Source: a virus
Reading direction: 5' to 3' (one strand)
IMG/VR virus record: IMGVR_UViG_3300047557_003310
Coordinates: 68,825-132,824 of that record
Length of the DNA stretch: 64,000 nt
A model generated the notes under the pieces. It was not told the origin of the DNA and did no database searches. It saw only the letters and a program-made list of their open reading frames with translations. Of this stretch, positions 1 through 9,948 are shown piece by piece. The position numbers and the translations under genes are program-made. Numbering within the stretch: position 1 is the stretch's first letter; each line of letters opens with the position of its first letter.

Positions 1-348
1 GGAATTGCAAGAGGTGGAGTACCACAGACACCAAAAGATGGACCAAAAGCACCTAGGGATCCAAGATTGGGTCCTACCAGACAACAAAGAGCATCGGATG
101 CTTCAGCTACTAGAATGGTAGGATCAGTTGAAAGGGGAGCAACAGTTGTTAGAAGAAATTCGGATGGAACAACAACTAGAGTTGCTGCTAATTTTACTAG
201 AGATCCTATTAATATCAGATCTGGTGCTACTAGAAAAGAAAGAAGATCTGATAGTAGCAGAACGACAGAGAGACCAGAAGTTGGTAGATGGAGAGGGGAT
301 CGTCCTGCAGAAAATGCACCAGATACATTTAAAAGAAAAAATAGGTAA
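1..348 (+). CDS. 3' part of a basic, Arg/Pro-rich hypothetical protein (5' end outside window)
   Basis: Frame 1 is open from base 1 (GIARGGVPQTPKDGPKAPRDPRLGPTRQQ...) to TAA at 346-348. Confidence 0.6.
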   Translation, partial: GIARGGVPQTPKDGPKAPRDPRLGPTRQQRASDASATRMVGSVERGATVVRRNSDGTTTRVAANFTRDPINIRSGATRKERRSDSSRTTERPEVGRWRGDRPAENAPDTFKRKNR

Positions 349-377
349 AATAAATAAATAAGGAATTCCTAACAAGA

Positions 378-1601
378 ATGAAAAAGTTTTCGCAATTTAT
401 ATTAGAATTTCGAGGATCGAGAGCATCAGAAAAGGCATATCGTCTTGGTCTCTCTTCGGATGGTCATGGCAACTGGGTAGATAGGAGTGGAAAAGTTGTA
501 GCCCAAACAGTTGGTGGTGATCTTGAAATGATTCGTAAAAAGAGTCCAACTCCAGAAAAAGCGGAGCCAGCTCCATCTGGACCAAAGACTCCACAGAGAG
601 TAATTGAACCGCCACCTGCTCCAGCTGAAAGAAAAGGTATTGCAGCACCAAAACAAGAACCAGCTCCACCAGAAATAGAGCAAGATCTCCCACTTACTAT
701 AGTATTTGCTAAATTCAACCCACCATCAGTAAAGCACGAAAAATTAATCCGAAAGGCAAAAGAAATTGCAGCTGGTGGTGAACTTAGGATATATCCATCT
801 AGAATGCAGGACAATGAAAAGAATCCACTTGATCCTGCTTCTAAGATTAAATATATGAGGAAGATGTTTCCAGACATCAAAGATAATATTGTCAATGATA
901 AAGATATGAAAACTATTTTTGATGTGTTGATGTCAGCAAACGAAGATGGATATGATAAAGTAAATATTATTGCTGGATTAGATAGGGTATCTGAATTTGA
1001 AAGACTTTCTGGTCAACATAATGGTAAACTTTACAATTTTGATGAAATAAATGTAATACCTTCTGGTCCAACTGATCCTGATGCAGAGAGTTCATCTTCA
1101 AATCTAAGAAAAGCTGCGATTGAAAATGATTTTAATAAATTTAAAGTTGGTATACCTAAAAAAATAAAAGATAAAGATGCTCAGGCTTTGTTCTTTGCTG
1201 TCCAAAGATCTATGTTGGGCAAAGGACAGGAAGCACAACAAGAACCACAAGATATAGCGGAAGTTTGGAAATATGCACCAGAACTTGATCTAAATGGTTT
1301 GAGAGAACAATATTATCAGGAAAATATTTTTAGAATTGGAGAAAGAGTTCAAAATTTAAATACTGGATTAATTGGACAGGTAATTCGTAGAGGTCCAAAC
1401 TATTTGATATGTGTAACTGAAGATAATATAATGTTTAAGTCTTGGATTAAAGATGTGACCGAATGGACTGATGTTTCTGGGGTTCCTGCAGATCAAAGAT
1501 TAGTTGGAACAGATCAACTCAGAAACTATACTATGAAAATGACAGGTACTACCACGATTAAAAACTTTATTCAAAAATATAAGAGAAGCGTAAAGAAATA
1601 A
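378..1601 (+). CDS. Cytidylyltransferase-like (HIGH-superfamily) protein, probable virion/internal head protein
   Basis: FAKFNPPSVKH (variant of FGRFNPPTxGH), KNPL, GxDR and SSSxxR motifs; N-terminus MKKFSQFILE; late-promoter-like TAAATA upstream. Confidence 0.7.
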   Translation: MKKFSQFILEFRGSRASEKAYRLGLSSDGHGNWVDRSGKVVAQTVGGDLEMIRKKSPTPEKAEPAPSGPKTPQRVIEPPPAPAERKGIAAPKQEPAPPEIEQDLPLTIVFAKFNPPSVKHEKLIRKAKEIAAGGELRIYPSRMQDNEKNPLDPASKIKYMRKMFPDIKDNIVNDKDMKTIFDVLMSANEDGYDKVNIIAGLDRVSEFERLSGQHNGKLYNFDEINVIPSGPTDPDAESSSSNLRKAAIENDFNKFKVGIPKKIKDKDAQALFFAVQRSMLGKGQEAQQEPQDIAEVWKYAPELDLNGLREQYYQENIFRIGERVQNLNTGLIGQVIRRGPNYLICVTEDNIMFKSWIKDVTEWTDVSGVPADQRLVGTDQLRNYTMKMTGTTTIKNFIQKYKRSVKK

Positions 1602-1634
1602 TAAATAAATGTATAGGTTTAAAAATTTATACAA

Positions 1635-2963
1635 ATGTCTGATCGTATCGTAGAAAGTCTAAATGAAATGAAACAGATTTATTTGGAATCTGTTTCAGGC
1701 AATGTCATTTCAAATAGAGATGAATATCTAGAGTATGTTGAAGAAAAGTATAAGACATCAAAAAAAGAAGACGAAGATAAAAAAGAAAGTGAGAAAGAAG
1801 AAAAAGACGACGACGAAAAAGATGAAGACGAAGATAAGGAAGGTGAAGAAGACGAAAAACCAAAAAGATGGTGGGATGATGATGGCGATGGAGTTGGATA
1901 TGAAAAAGACGAAGTAAAAAGTAGCTTCAAAAAGAAAACTAAAAAAGTTGATGAATCACTTTCAAACTGGAGAAGTGATCTATATGAAGCAATAGGAAAT
2001 ATTGATGATGAAATTGAAGGATCAAAGCAAAGACAAGTTAAAGAAAAAGCAAACATTCATAATAAAATAGACATTAATCCTAATGTTAATATTGGTGAGA
2101 GTGTAGAACTTTCAGAAGAATATATTGGAGAAGTTATTGATATTGCTGCTCAATATTTTTATGATAGGGGATTGAATGAGGAAGGTCTCGCCATGGTAAT
2201 TGAAGACCTTGGCCACGAAAAATTCATTGAGTATGTATTCTATATTTCTGAAGATTTTATGTTGAGTGAGGCAAGAACTTTACTTGGTAAAAAGTCAAAT
2301 CCAGCCACAGGAAAAGACAGAGGTATATCATTGAAAGCTGCTCCGGGAAAAACGACTCGAGCAGCGGCAGAAAAATATGGTACCACTAGAAGATTTTCAT
2401 CATCTAGACCAACTGGGACAGTACGAAAAAAAATTGTAAAAGATCAAGGTGATAATTCTGCTAAAACTGCAGCTGAAACTCAACCAAAAGGTATAGATAA
2501 AGTTGTTAGTCAGGTTAAAAACTTTGCTACCTCACCTGACACTAAAGCTAGATTAACTAATATGATTGGTGCGGCTGTAAATAAAGCAAAATCCGATATT
2601 GGTAGAACGGGAATGGCTGCAGTTCATGCTACTGATGCTGCCAAGAAAGCAAGACAAAGAGGTGCATCTGGAGCTGGTGCAGCAGGCGCAGCTGCTGGTA
2701 CATTTATTCGTGGTTTGATGCGTGGTTCTACTGCTACCGGAGTCAGAGAAGAAATCGAAGCATTTCTTCTAGAAAAATCAGAAAGTCAACAACAACAAAA
2801 ATTGTTTGGTCTTGCACTTTCAGTAAAAAGAGGTGAAACCCCAAGATCTGAAGTAAGTCAGGAAGTTCTTGATATTGTCGATAAAATGTCTGAAGCTGAG
2901 ATTCGCAAATTTGCGAAAACTTCACATGAAGGACTTCCCAAAAAAGTAGAAGAAAAGGACTGA
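1635..2963 (+). CDS. Hypothetical protein with acidic N-terminus, Ala/Gly/Lys-rich middle and DUF3008-like C-terminus
   Basis: 442-aa ORF; C-terminal KSESQQQQKLFGLALSVKRGE...FAKTSHEGLPKKV resembles DUF3008; several LxE sites. Confidence 0.6.
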   Translation: MSDRIVESLNEMKQIYLESVSGNVISNRDEYLEYVEEKYKTSKKEDEDKKESEKEEKDDDEKDEDEDKEGEEDEKPKRWWDDDGDGVGYEKDEVKSSFKKKTKKVDESLSNWRSDLYEAIGNIDDEIEGSKQRQVKEKANIHNKIDINPNVNIGESVELSEEYIGEVIDIAAQYFYDRGLNEEGLAMVIEDLGHEKFIEYVFYISEDFMLSEARTLLGKKSNPATGKDRGISLKAAPGKTTRAAAEKYGTTRRFSSSRPTGTVRKKIVKDQGDNSAKTAAETQPKGIDKVVSQVKNFATSPDTKARLTNMIGAAVNKAKSDIGRTGMAAVHATDAAKKARQRGASGAGAAGAAAGTFIRGLMRGSTATGVREEIEAFLLEKSESQQQQKLFGLALSVKRGETPRSEVSQEVLDIVDKMSEAEIRKFAKTSHEGLPKKVEEKD

Positions 2964-2964
2964 T

Positions 2965-3390
2965 ATGTCTATCACATTTAATCAATTTCTTGCTAGGATA
3001 GACGAGGCATACCCAACTTGGGGATCTAGCCCACGAAGAGATAGACCTACAGGACAATTGCCACAGAGATCATCTACTAGAGGTAGAACTGGACCACAAT
3101 TAGATTGGAGAGCACCAGAAACAAAACCTAAGGAATCAACACCCCCAAAACCTTCTGGTGGAATAACTTTTGATAGTCGTTCAAGTAATCGACGAGTTGT
3201 GACAAAACCAACTCCAGAAAAAGTTGAATTGGGATTGAAAAAACTTGGTGGAAACACATCTAAACCTTATCTACCATTTAATCGACGGATGCAAAAAGTA
3301 TTTGTTCCAACTTCCAATTCTGGTATAGAATTGACTGGCGCAGCAAAAAAATCAATGATACAAAAATTAAGAGCACAGAAAAATAATTAA
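2965..3390 (+). CDS. Basic low-complexity hypothetical protein
   Basis: 141-aa ORF right after upstream stop; N-terminus MSITFNQFLARIDEA. Confidence 0.6.
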   Translation: MSITFNQFLARIDEAYPTWGSSPRRDRPTGQLPQRSSTRGRTGPQLDWRAPETKPKESTPPKPSGGITFDSRSSNRRVVTKPTPEKVELGLKKLGGNTSKPYLPFNRRMQKVFVPTSNSGIELTGAAKKSMIQKLRAQKNN

Positions 3391-3463
3391 TTCTATACTA
3401 CCAAAGCATCATCGATTCATAAATATCTTTGGAGCATATCCAAAAATTATTAAGGAGGACATC

Positions 3464-3634
3464 ATGGGAGTATTAGTAGGAGTTGTAAAACCACTTCTTT
3501 TCGCAGCATTAAATTCTTGCCACACAAAAAGACTTGTATGCGAACTTCTAGATCGTTATGTACAAACTACAGACAATGATGTAGATAATCTGATTGCAAC
3601 CACAGTTAGAACTGCACTTCTAAAAAATTGCTGA
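3464..3634 (+). CDS. Small hypothetical protein (56 aa)
   Basis: Strong SD AAGGAGG, then MGVLVGVVKPLLFAALNSC...LLKNC; below ORF-track cutoff. Confidence 0.7.
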   Translation: MGVLVGVVKPLLFAALNSCHTKRLVCELLDRYVQTTDNDVDNLIATTVRTALLKNC

Positions 3635-3650
3635 TATTTAATTTCAACTA

Positions 3651-3685
3651 AAAAGGGAGAGGATATTTTTGCCTCTCCCTTTTTT
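3651..3685 (+). terminator. Intrinsic terminator
   Basis: AGGGAGAGG...CCTCTCCCT hairpin followed by a T run. Confidence 0.75.
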
Positions 3686-3745
3686 ATTAAACATCATAAC
3701 GACATAAATATTTTATAGATTAAATAGTTTTTAAAGGTAAAACGA

Positions 3746-4273
3746 ATGGCACTCTGGGGAAATAACGACAACATTTCATCCAATGGAAAAGTTTGGCTAA
3801 ATTATGTCACAAGAATTGTAACTGCCACTGGAACTAACTTTGGTGCAGTTGGTGCTGCATCAACTGGAGATGTTATTAGATTTGGAGTTGTTGGTGGAAC
3901 ATATTTTGGTGATGCAGTAATTGTTGGTATTGCCAGTACAACTCAACTATCTATTGCATCTACTGCAAACTTAAGTGGTGCAGCTATTGCTAACACAGAT
4001 TTTAGCGTATCACAACTTCCAAAGTACCTAACTCTTGATAGTCAGTATAGCCAGACTCATACAAATTACGAGCCATATGTGGCTGGTGTATCTACTGCTG
4101 GAATTGCTGCAGCTCAAAATACTAAATATTCTCCAGCTCACGGTGGCTGGGTAGGAATCATGACTTATGTTGATTCCCAAGGACAATATAGAGTTAAGAC
4201 AGAAACATTCGTAGCAATGTCTGGTATCCAAACAGGTAATACTCCTTTGTATGATGCAAATCCATTAGTGTGA
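3746..4273 (+). CDS. Probable virion structural protein
   Basis: MALWG N-terminus, Gly/Thr/Ala-rich, HGGWVG..RVKTETFVAMSGI motif typical of cyanomyovirus structural ORFs. Confidence 0.55.
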   Translation: MALWGNNDNISSNGKVWLNYVTRIVTATGTNFGAVGAASTGDVIRFGVVGGTYFGDAVIVGIASTTQLSIASTANLSGAAIANTDFSVSQLPKYLTLDSQYSQTHTNYEPYVAGVSTAGIAAAQNTKYSPAHGGWVGIMTYVDSQGQYRVKTETFVAMSGIQTGNTPLYDANPLV

Positions 4274-4279
4274 TATTAA

Positions 4280-4660
4280 ATGATATTTACTGAACTGAAT
4301 GAGGAAAATTTTCTCCTATTTGCTATTAAAAATTATGAGAATCCTCAGGCAGTGACGAAAGAAGATTTCGAAAAAGATTTGAATCATTTTAAGTATATAA
4401 AAAGATTACTTAGAAGATACAAAAATACAGGTGTGTTAAAAACACACCTTTTAATTAACCATTTTATAATACTTTATAATATTTTTGGTGATGCAACCAC
4501 ACCAATGCTATTTTTTAAAATTGATAAAGATCTTTGGTCTTACATGAAAACTTTTGTTGTTTTTCTGAACAGATTACCAGAATATCCAAAAGGATATATA
4601 CATGATATTCCAATAGATATTTTTTGTATGTCACAACTGGAAAGAATTACAAATGAGTAA
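4280..4660 (+). CDS. Conserved T4-like phage hypothetical protein
   Basis: FLLFAIKNYENP...FKYIKRLL...LLINH motif; position upstream of gp61. Confidence 0.7.
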   Translation: MIFTELNEENFLLFAIKNYENPQAVTKEDFEKDLNHFKYIKRLLRRYKNTGVLKTHLLINHFIILYNIFGDATTPMLFFKIDKDLWSYMKTFVVFLNRLPEYPKGYIHDIPIDIFCMSQLERITNE

Positions 4661-4886
4661 GTTAGATAAAATTATACAATTAATAAGAGAAAATATGGTT
4701 GCAAATGCAACAGGTAGTGGCGGCGGATTTGGGGGAAATTCTCCACAAGAAGGACCAACAGCTGGATTTGACCCAAAGGTTGAATTAGGAATGTTCCGTA
4801 GAACTATAGGTGGATTAGTTGATAGAAGGTCAAAGACATACAGTAAAAAATATGAATCTTGGTTGAAGTCAATGGGATTACTTTAA
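4653..4886 (+). CDS. Hypothetical protein
   Basis: 77-aa ORF overlapping upstream stop; Gly-rich, AGFDP motif. Confidence 0.6.
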   Translation: MSKLDKIIQLIRENMVANATGSGGGFGGNSPQEGPTAGFDPKVELGMFRRTIGGLVDRRSKTYSKKYESWLKSMGLL

Positions 4887-4947
4887 AATCTAAATAGTAA
4901 TATTAAAGGTTATTTGTTGGCGAGTTAACAAAAAAACTATACTAACA

Positions 4948-5370
4948 ATGTCAGAAGAATCAATAAAATTAGCGGTATTAGAGCAAAAACTTTTAGATTT
5001 TTCTAACATCGTACATAAGTTAGATGATGCCATTCAAAAGTTGAGTGAAGTAAATACGAATATAACCAGAATGCTTGCTGTTCATGATGAAAGAATTGAA
5101 CAGTGCAATAAATCTGATAGTATTCTAATAAAAATGATAGATGAAATCAAGAAAGAAAATCTTGAAGATCACCAACAAGTAATAAAAAGAATAGAATCCA
5201 TAGAAGAAAAAGTATTGGAAATTAATAAAATAAAGTGGATGACTGCAGGATGTGGGACTCTTCTTGTTGTTCTTGCTGCGGCCTTATCTAGCTTAGCTTC
5301 TGGTTGGTGGACGCCAAGTGAAATGCAGCAACACCACAGAATGCAGATGGAATCCAAAATGTTGGATTGA
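4948..5370 (+). CDS. Coiled-coil protein with C-terminal transmembrane segment
   Basis: MLAVHDERI motif, heptad pattern, hydrophobic stretch near C-terminus. Confidence 0.6.
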   Translation: MSEESIKLAVLEQKLLDFSNIVHKLDDAIQKLSEVNTNITRMLAVHDERIEQCNKSDSILIKMIDEIKKENLEDHQQVIKRIESIEEKVLEINKIKWMTAGCGTLLVVLAAALSSLASGWWTPSEMQQHHRMQMESKMLD

Positions 5371-5417
5371 CATACTGGGATTTACATGCTAGAATTGGGG
5401 ACGCTGAAACCTAGATT

Positions 5418-6392
5418 ATGGATTTGATTGACGACAAATATATTAATCTAATATCAACAAGATTAGAAAAATTCACTAAAAAGAATTCAAATCTCTATAA
5501 TTGTAGATGTAAAATTTGTGGTGACTCTCAGAAAAATAAATCAAGAGCACGAGGATATTTTTATTCTGTAAAAAATAATACAAATTACAAGTGTCACAAT
5601 TGTGGAGTGAATGTATCTTTAAACAATTATCTTAAACAAATAGATCCAATATTACACCAGCAATATTGTTTAGAGAAGTATTCAGCTGGATTCACCGGTA
5701 AAAATTTTACAGCCGAAGCACCAAAGTTTGACTTCAAAAAACCAGTATTCAAAAAAACTTTAAATTTACCAAGAGCAAGTGAAGTTTCTGTTGCTAAGTC
5801 TTATTTAGAAAATCGTAAATTGAATCCAGATAATTTTTATTATGCGGAAAAGTTTAAAGAATGGACAAATACAGTACAAAAAACATTTGATGAAAAAGGT
5901 TTAAAGTATGAAGAATCTAGGATTGTCATTCCACTTTATTATCAAAAAAAACTAATAGGATTTCAGGGCAGATCAATTGGTCCAAGTGAAATTAAGTATA
6001 TTACAATTATGTTGGAGGAAGATGCTCCAAAGATATATGGATATGATGAAATAAACTTGAACAAATCAGTTTACATTATAGAAGGTCCTTTTGACTCCAC
6101 ATTTATTCAAAATTCAGTTGCAATGTGTGGATCCGATTTAAATCTAAAAGATCTAAATATTTCTCACCCAGTATACGTCTATGATAATGAACCTAGAAAC
6201 CAAGAAATTCACAAAAGAATGGAATCTAGAATTGAATCTGGGGATTCAATTGTGATATGGCCAAGTTTAATTAAAGACAAAGACATAAACGACATGGTTT
6301 TGTCTGGACTTAATGTCCAATCTGTGATAGAATCAAATACTTACTCTGGACTAGTAGCAAAACTTAAATTTAACGAATGGAAGAAAGTATGA
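5418..6392 (+). CDS. gp61: DNA primase (T4 gp61 homolog)
   Basis: Zn ribbon CKICGDS...CHNC; TOPRIM EGPFDS, YDNEPRN, KDINDM. Confidence 0.95.
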   Translation: MDLIDDKYINLISTRLEKFTKKNSNLYNCRCKICGDSQKNKSRARGYFYSVKNNTNYKCHNCGVNVSLNNYLKQIDPILHQQYCLEKYSAGFTGKNFTAEAPKFDFKKPVFKKTLNLPRASEVSVAKSYLENRKLNPDNFYYAEKFKEWTNTVQKTFDEKGLKYEESRIVIPLYYQKKLIGFQGRSIGPSEIKYITIMLEEDAPKIYGYDEINLNKSVYIIEGPFDSTFIQNSVAMCGSDLNLKDLNISHPVYVYDNEPRNQEIHKRMESRIESGDSIVIWPSLIKDKDINDMVLSGLNVQSVIESNTYSGLVAKLKFNEWKKV

Positions 6393-8065
6393 CCGAAGGA
6401 ATTAGGGTTCAAAAAAGAAATGGCAACATTGAACCATTATATCTTGATAAGATACATTTGATGGTAGAAGAGGCTTGTAAGAATCTATCTGGAGTCTCTG
6501 CTTCTCAAGTTGAAATGCAGTCTGGTATTCAATTTTATAGTGGAATCACTACAGCTGAGATTCAGGAAATTCTAATTAGAAGTGCAAGTGATCTTATTGA
6601 TTTGGAGCACCCAAACTATCAATATGTTGCTGCTAGATTGTTGATGTATGCTACTAGGAAGAGCATCTTTGGTGGCATGAAAGATCTACCACACCTAGAA
6701 GATCATATCAATAATTGCGTGACTTCTAAAGTATATGATCATGAAGTATATGATCATTATTCAAAAGAAGAAATCGATAAGATCAATTCTATGATTGATC
6801 ACGATCGTGACTTTAACTTCACATATGCAGGACTCAGACAGGTTGTAGATAAGTATTTGGTTCAAGATCGTAGTACTGGGAAATTATATGAAACTCCCCA
6901 GTTCATGTATATCATGATTGCGCTAACAATGTTTTCTAGGTATCCAAAGGAAACACGCCTATCTTATATAAAAAAATATTACGATGCAACATCAAAGCAC
7001 AAAATCAACATCCCAACCCCAATCATGGCAGGAGTGCGGACGCCACTTCGACAATTTGCTAGTTGTGTTCTTGTTGATGTTGATGACACCCTCGATTCTA
7101 TCTTTAGCAGTGATATGGCTATTGGCAGATATGTCGCACAGAGGGCGGGAATCGGCATCAATGCAGGTAGAATCCGTGGCATCAACAGTAAAATCAGAGG
7201 TGGAGAAGTTCAACACACTGGTGTTGTACCGTTTCTCAAAAAGTTTGAAGCGACTGTCAGATGTTGCACGCAAAATGGCATACGAGGTGGATCCGCGACG
7301 GTCCACTTCCCCATCTGGCACCAAGAGATAGAAGATATTATTGTTTTGAAGAATAATAAAGGAACTGAGGATAATCGTGTTCGTAAACTAGATTATTCTA
7401 TTCAGTTTAGTAAGATTTTTTATGAGAGGTTCATCAAAAATGAAGAAATCACGCTTTTCTCTCCAAACGATGTACCTGGACTTTATGATAACTTCGGATT
7501 ACCTACATTTGATGACCTCTATGTATCTTATGAAAATAATCCATCTATTCCAAAGAAAAAAATCAAAGCACAAGAACTTATTCTGAATGTTCTCAAGGAA
7601 AGAGCAGAAACAGGACGAGTGTATATTATGAACATTGATCATTGTAATTCACATAGTTCTTATAAAGATCAAATTACAATGAGTAATCTTTGCGTTGCTG
7701 GAGACACAAAGATTAAAGTAAGAATTACTACTGCTAAAGAAGTTGATGGTAATAACACAACAACATACCGTCTTCCTCCTCTTGAAATTGAAATTCAACA
7801 ACTTCAAGAATTTATCGAAGAAGGTCTTTCATTGGAATGCGTAGAAGTGCTTTCTAAAAATATTGACTGTGCAAATCGTAAAAATGATTATCATCAAATT
7901 ACCGCATTTGCTCAAACGTCACCTAAAGCAAAAGTAATGAAAATTACTGATGAAAACAGTGGTAACAGTATTGTAGTCACGCCTGAACACAAAGTATTTA
8001 CTGAAAATCGTGGATATGTGATGGCGAAAGATTTGAAAGAGACTGATGAGTTAGTAATTAATTAG
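6389..8065 (+). CDS. nrdA: Ribonucleotide reductase alpha subunit, N-terminal fragment fused to N-half of a split intein
   Basis: ATP cone, PTPIMAG, FASCVL, TQNGIRGG; extein ends ...MSNL, then intein block A CVAGDTKI (7691) and block B VTPEHKVFT; start at 6389 overlaps primase stop (ATGA). Confidence 0.93.
   Translation: MTEGIRVQKRNGNIEPLYLDKIHLMVEEACKNLSGVSASQVEMQSGIQFYSGITTAEIQEILIRSASDLIDLEHPNYQYVAARLLMYATRKSIFGGMKDLPHLEDHINNCVTSKVYDHEVYDHYSKEEIDKINSMIDHDRDFNFTYAGLRQVVDKYLVQDRSTGKLYETPQFMYIMIALTMFSRYPKETRLSYIKKYYDATSKHKINIPTPIMAGVRTPLRQFASCVLVDVDDTLDSIFSSDMAIGRYVAQRAGIGINAGRIRGINSKIRGGEVQHTGVVPFLKKFEATVRCCTQNGIRGGSATVHFPIWHQEIEDIIVLKNNKGTEDNRVRKLDYSIQFSKIFYERFIKNEEITLFSPNDVPGLYDNFGLPTFDDLYVSYENNPSIPKKKIKAQELILNVLKERAETGRVYIMNIDHCNSHSSYKDQITMSNLCVAGDTKIKVRITTAKEVDGNNTTTYRLPPLEIEIQQLQEFIEEGLSLECVEVLSKNIDCANRKNDYHQITAFAQTSPKAKVMKITDENSGNSIVVTPEHKVFTENRGYVMAKDLKETDELVIN
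7691..8062 (+). mobile_element. Split intein, N-terminal half (124 aa)
   Basis: Starts with Cys1 (CVAGDT), has TxxH block B, ends AKDLKETDELVIN-stop. Confidence 0.9.
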
Positions 8066-8070
8066 TATGG

Positions 8071-8124
8071 TAGGAAGTGTAATTTTGTTATTTTTGATAA
8101 ATAGTCATGAGATTACACTTCCTA
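8071..8124 (+). promoter_or_regulatory. Hairpin enclosing a late-promoter-like element upstream of the endonuclease
   Basis: TAGGAAGTGTAAT/ATTACACTTCCTA 13-bp inverted repeat; GATAAATA in loop; ends 2 nt before ATG 8127. Confidence 0.7.
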
Positions 8125-8126
8125 TA

Positions 8127-8828
8127 ATGAAAACATATATTGTCTATAAAATTACCAATAAGAAAAACGGCAAAAATTACATAGGAAAAACTGAATACTC
8201 TTTGGAGCATCGTTGGAATCGTCATTTATCGTCAGCAAGAAATGGTTCAAAATTTAGATTTCATTCTGCGATTAGAAAATATGGTGAAGATTGTTGGGAC
8301 TTATCTGTGATTGAAACTTATCAAACTGAAGATGAAAACTTTATTAATGAAAAGGAAACTCACTTCATTAAACTCTTTGAGAGCGATACTAAAGGATATA
8401 ATGCTACTTCTGGTGGAACTGGTGGTTGGATGCTCCCAAGATGCCCACAGAAAGTCCAGGAAGAGTGGAAAAATGGTATTTCTACAAGAACTATAGGACA
8501 CAATAATCCAAATTATTCTGGTTATTCAGATGAAGAATTAATTGAATTTGGTATGAAATTTATTAAAAAATATAACTTTATACCTGGACTAAAAAGATTA
8601 ATTAAATTTTGTAATGACGAGTTGAATGTAAATTTTCCTAAAAGTTTTTCCAAAAATAGATTTGGAGGAAGTAGAAAAAATTACACTAAATTATTAGAAG
8701 AAGAAAGTGGATTGGTATTTGATCCAAATTATAGAACAGTAGAAGAAAGAAAGCTTATTGCCCAAAAGGCATCTATAAACTCAACTATTATGTGGAAACA
8801 AAGGAGAATTAAAAATGCTAAAGATTGA
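8127..8828 (+). CDS. Free-standing GIY-YIG homing endonuclease between the nrdA halves
   Basis: YIVYKITNKKNGKNYIGKT, RWxxH, AIRKYG, E..FI..F, GYNATSGG motifs. Confidence 0.88.
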   Translation: MKTYIVYKITNKKNGKNYIGKTEYSLEHRWNRHLSSARNGSKFRFHSAIRKYGEDCWDLSVIETYQTEDENFINEKETHFIKLFESDTKGYNATSGGTGGWMLPRCPQKVQEEWKNGISTRTIGHNNPNYSGYSDEELIEFGMKFIKKYNFIPGLKRLIKFCNDELNVNFPKSFSKNRFGGSRKNYTKLLEEESGLVFDPNYRTVEERKLIAQKASINSTIMWKQRRIKNAKD

Positions 8829-8913
8829 ATATCTAGAAGAAGAAATTCCAGTTTATGATATTACGGTAGAAGGAGCTCATAATTTTTTTGCTAATAATAT
8901 ATTAGTTCATAAT
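8815..8913 (+). mobile_element. Split intein, C-terminal half (33 aa)
   Basis: Blocks F/G VYDITV..HNFFAN.ILVHN followed by +1 Cys at 8914. Confidence 0.9.
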
Positions 8914-9915
8914 TGTCAAGAAATCACTGAACCTACTACTCCAATTCAACATATTGATGATGACAATTATTCCGAGATCGCAACTTGCATTCTTTCTGCG
9001 ATCAATGTGGGTAGAGTTAAGTCTGATGATGAACTAGAGGAACTCTGTGATCTTACGGTTCGTGCTCTAGATGAAATTATTGATTATCAACAATATCCAG
9101 TGAAAGCGGCAGAGAATTTCACAAAGCGTCGTAGATCTCTTGGAATTGGATATATTGGTCTTGCTCACTATTTGGCAAAACTTGGATTTAAGTATGATTC
9201 ACAAGAAGCATGGGATGCTGTTCATGGTCTTTCTGAGAGCTTCCAATACTATCTTCTAAAGGCATCTAATCAACTTGCCAAAGAAAAAGGATATTGTGAG
9301 TATTTTGGTCGTACTAAGTATTCTGATGGGATTTTACCAATTGATACATACAAAAAAGAAGTAGACGAAATCACATCAATTAAACTTCAACATGATTGGG
9401 AATCTCTTAGGTCATCTATCCTGGAACATGGACTCAGACACTCAACACTGTCCGCACAGATGCCATCGGAGAGCAGTTCCGTTGTGTCAAACGCAACCAA
9501 TGGAATCGAACCACCTAGAGGATACTTGTCCATTAAAAAATCAAAGAAAGGACCACTCAAACAAATTGTTCCACAATATCATACTCTTAAAAACAATTAT
9601 ACGCTACTTTGGGACATGGAGTCTAATCGTGGTTATATTAATGTTGTTTCTGTGATGCAAAAGTTCTTTGATCAGGCAATTTCTGGAAATTGGTCCTATA
9701 ATCCAGAGCATTATCCAGACAATGAGGTTCCAGTTTCTGTAATGGCGAATGACCTATTGACCACATACAAGTACGGTCACAAAACCGCATATTATCAAAA
9801 TACTTATGATATCAAGACCGATGAGGTAGTTGAACATCCAAAACAGGAACTTAATTCGCTTTTAGATGACATTATGAGTTCAGATGAAAGTGAATGTGAA
9901 AGTTGCACAGTTTAA
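8815..9915 (+). CDS. nrdA: Ribonucleotide reductase alpha subunit, C-terminal fragment preceded by C-half of the split intein
   Basis: SD AAGGAG; 33-aa IntC ending VYDITVEGAHNFFANNILVHN, then CQEITEP; later MPSESSS, TNGIEP, KTAYY, terminal CESC. Confidence 0.93.
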   Translation: MLKIEYLEEEIPVYDITVEGAHNFFANNILVHNCQEITEPTTPIQHIDDDNYSEIATCILSAINVGRVKSDDELEELCDLTVRALDEIIDYQQYPVKAAENFTKRRRSLGIGYIGLAHYLAKLGFKYDSQEAWDAVHGLSESFQYYLLKASNQLAKEKGYCEYFGRTKYSDGILPIDTYKKEVDEITSIKLQHDWESLRSSILEHGLRHSTLSAQMPSESSSVVSNATNGIEPPRGYLSIKKSKKGPLKQIVPQYHTLKNNYTLLWDMESNRGYINVVSVMQKFFDQAISGNWSYNPEHYPDNEVPVSVMANDLLTTYKYGHKTAYYQNTYDIKTDEVVEHPKQELNSLLDDIMSSDESECESCTV

Positions 9916-9948
9916 TTTGTTTAAATAATCAATGTGATGGAGACTAGT

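Noticed and set aside
1755-1860. GAA/GAC-rich repeat-like tract
   Set aside because: Low-complexity Glu/Asp/Lys coding sequence, not a discrete repeat element
6389-9915. nrdA as a broken gene or intron-interrupted gene
   Set aside because: Complementary intein halves flank the break and no group I core motifs are visible around the endonuclease
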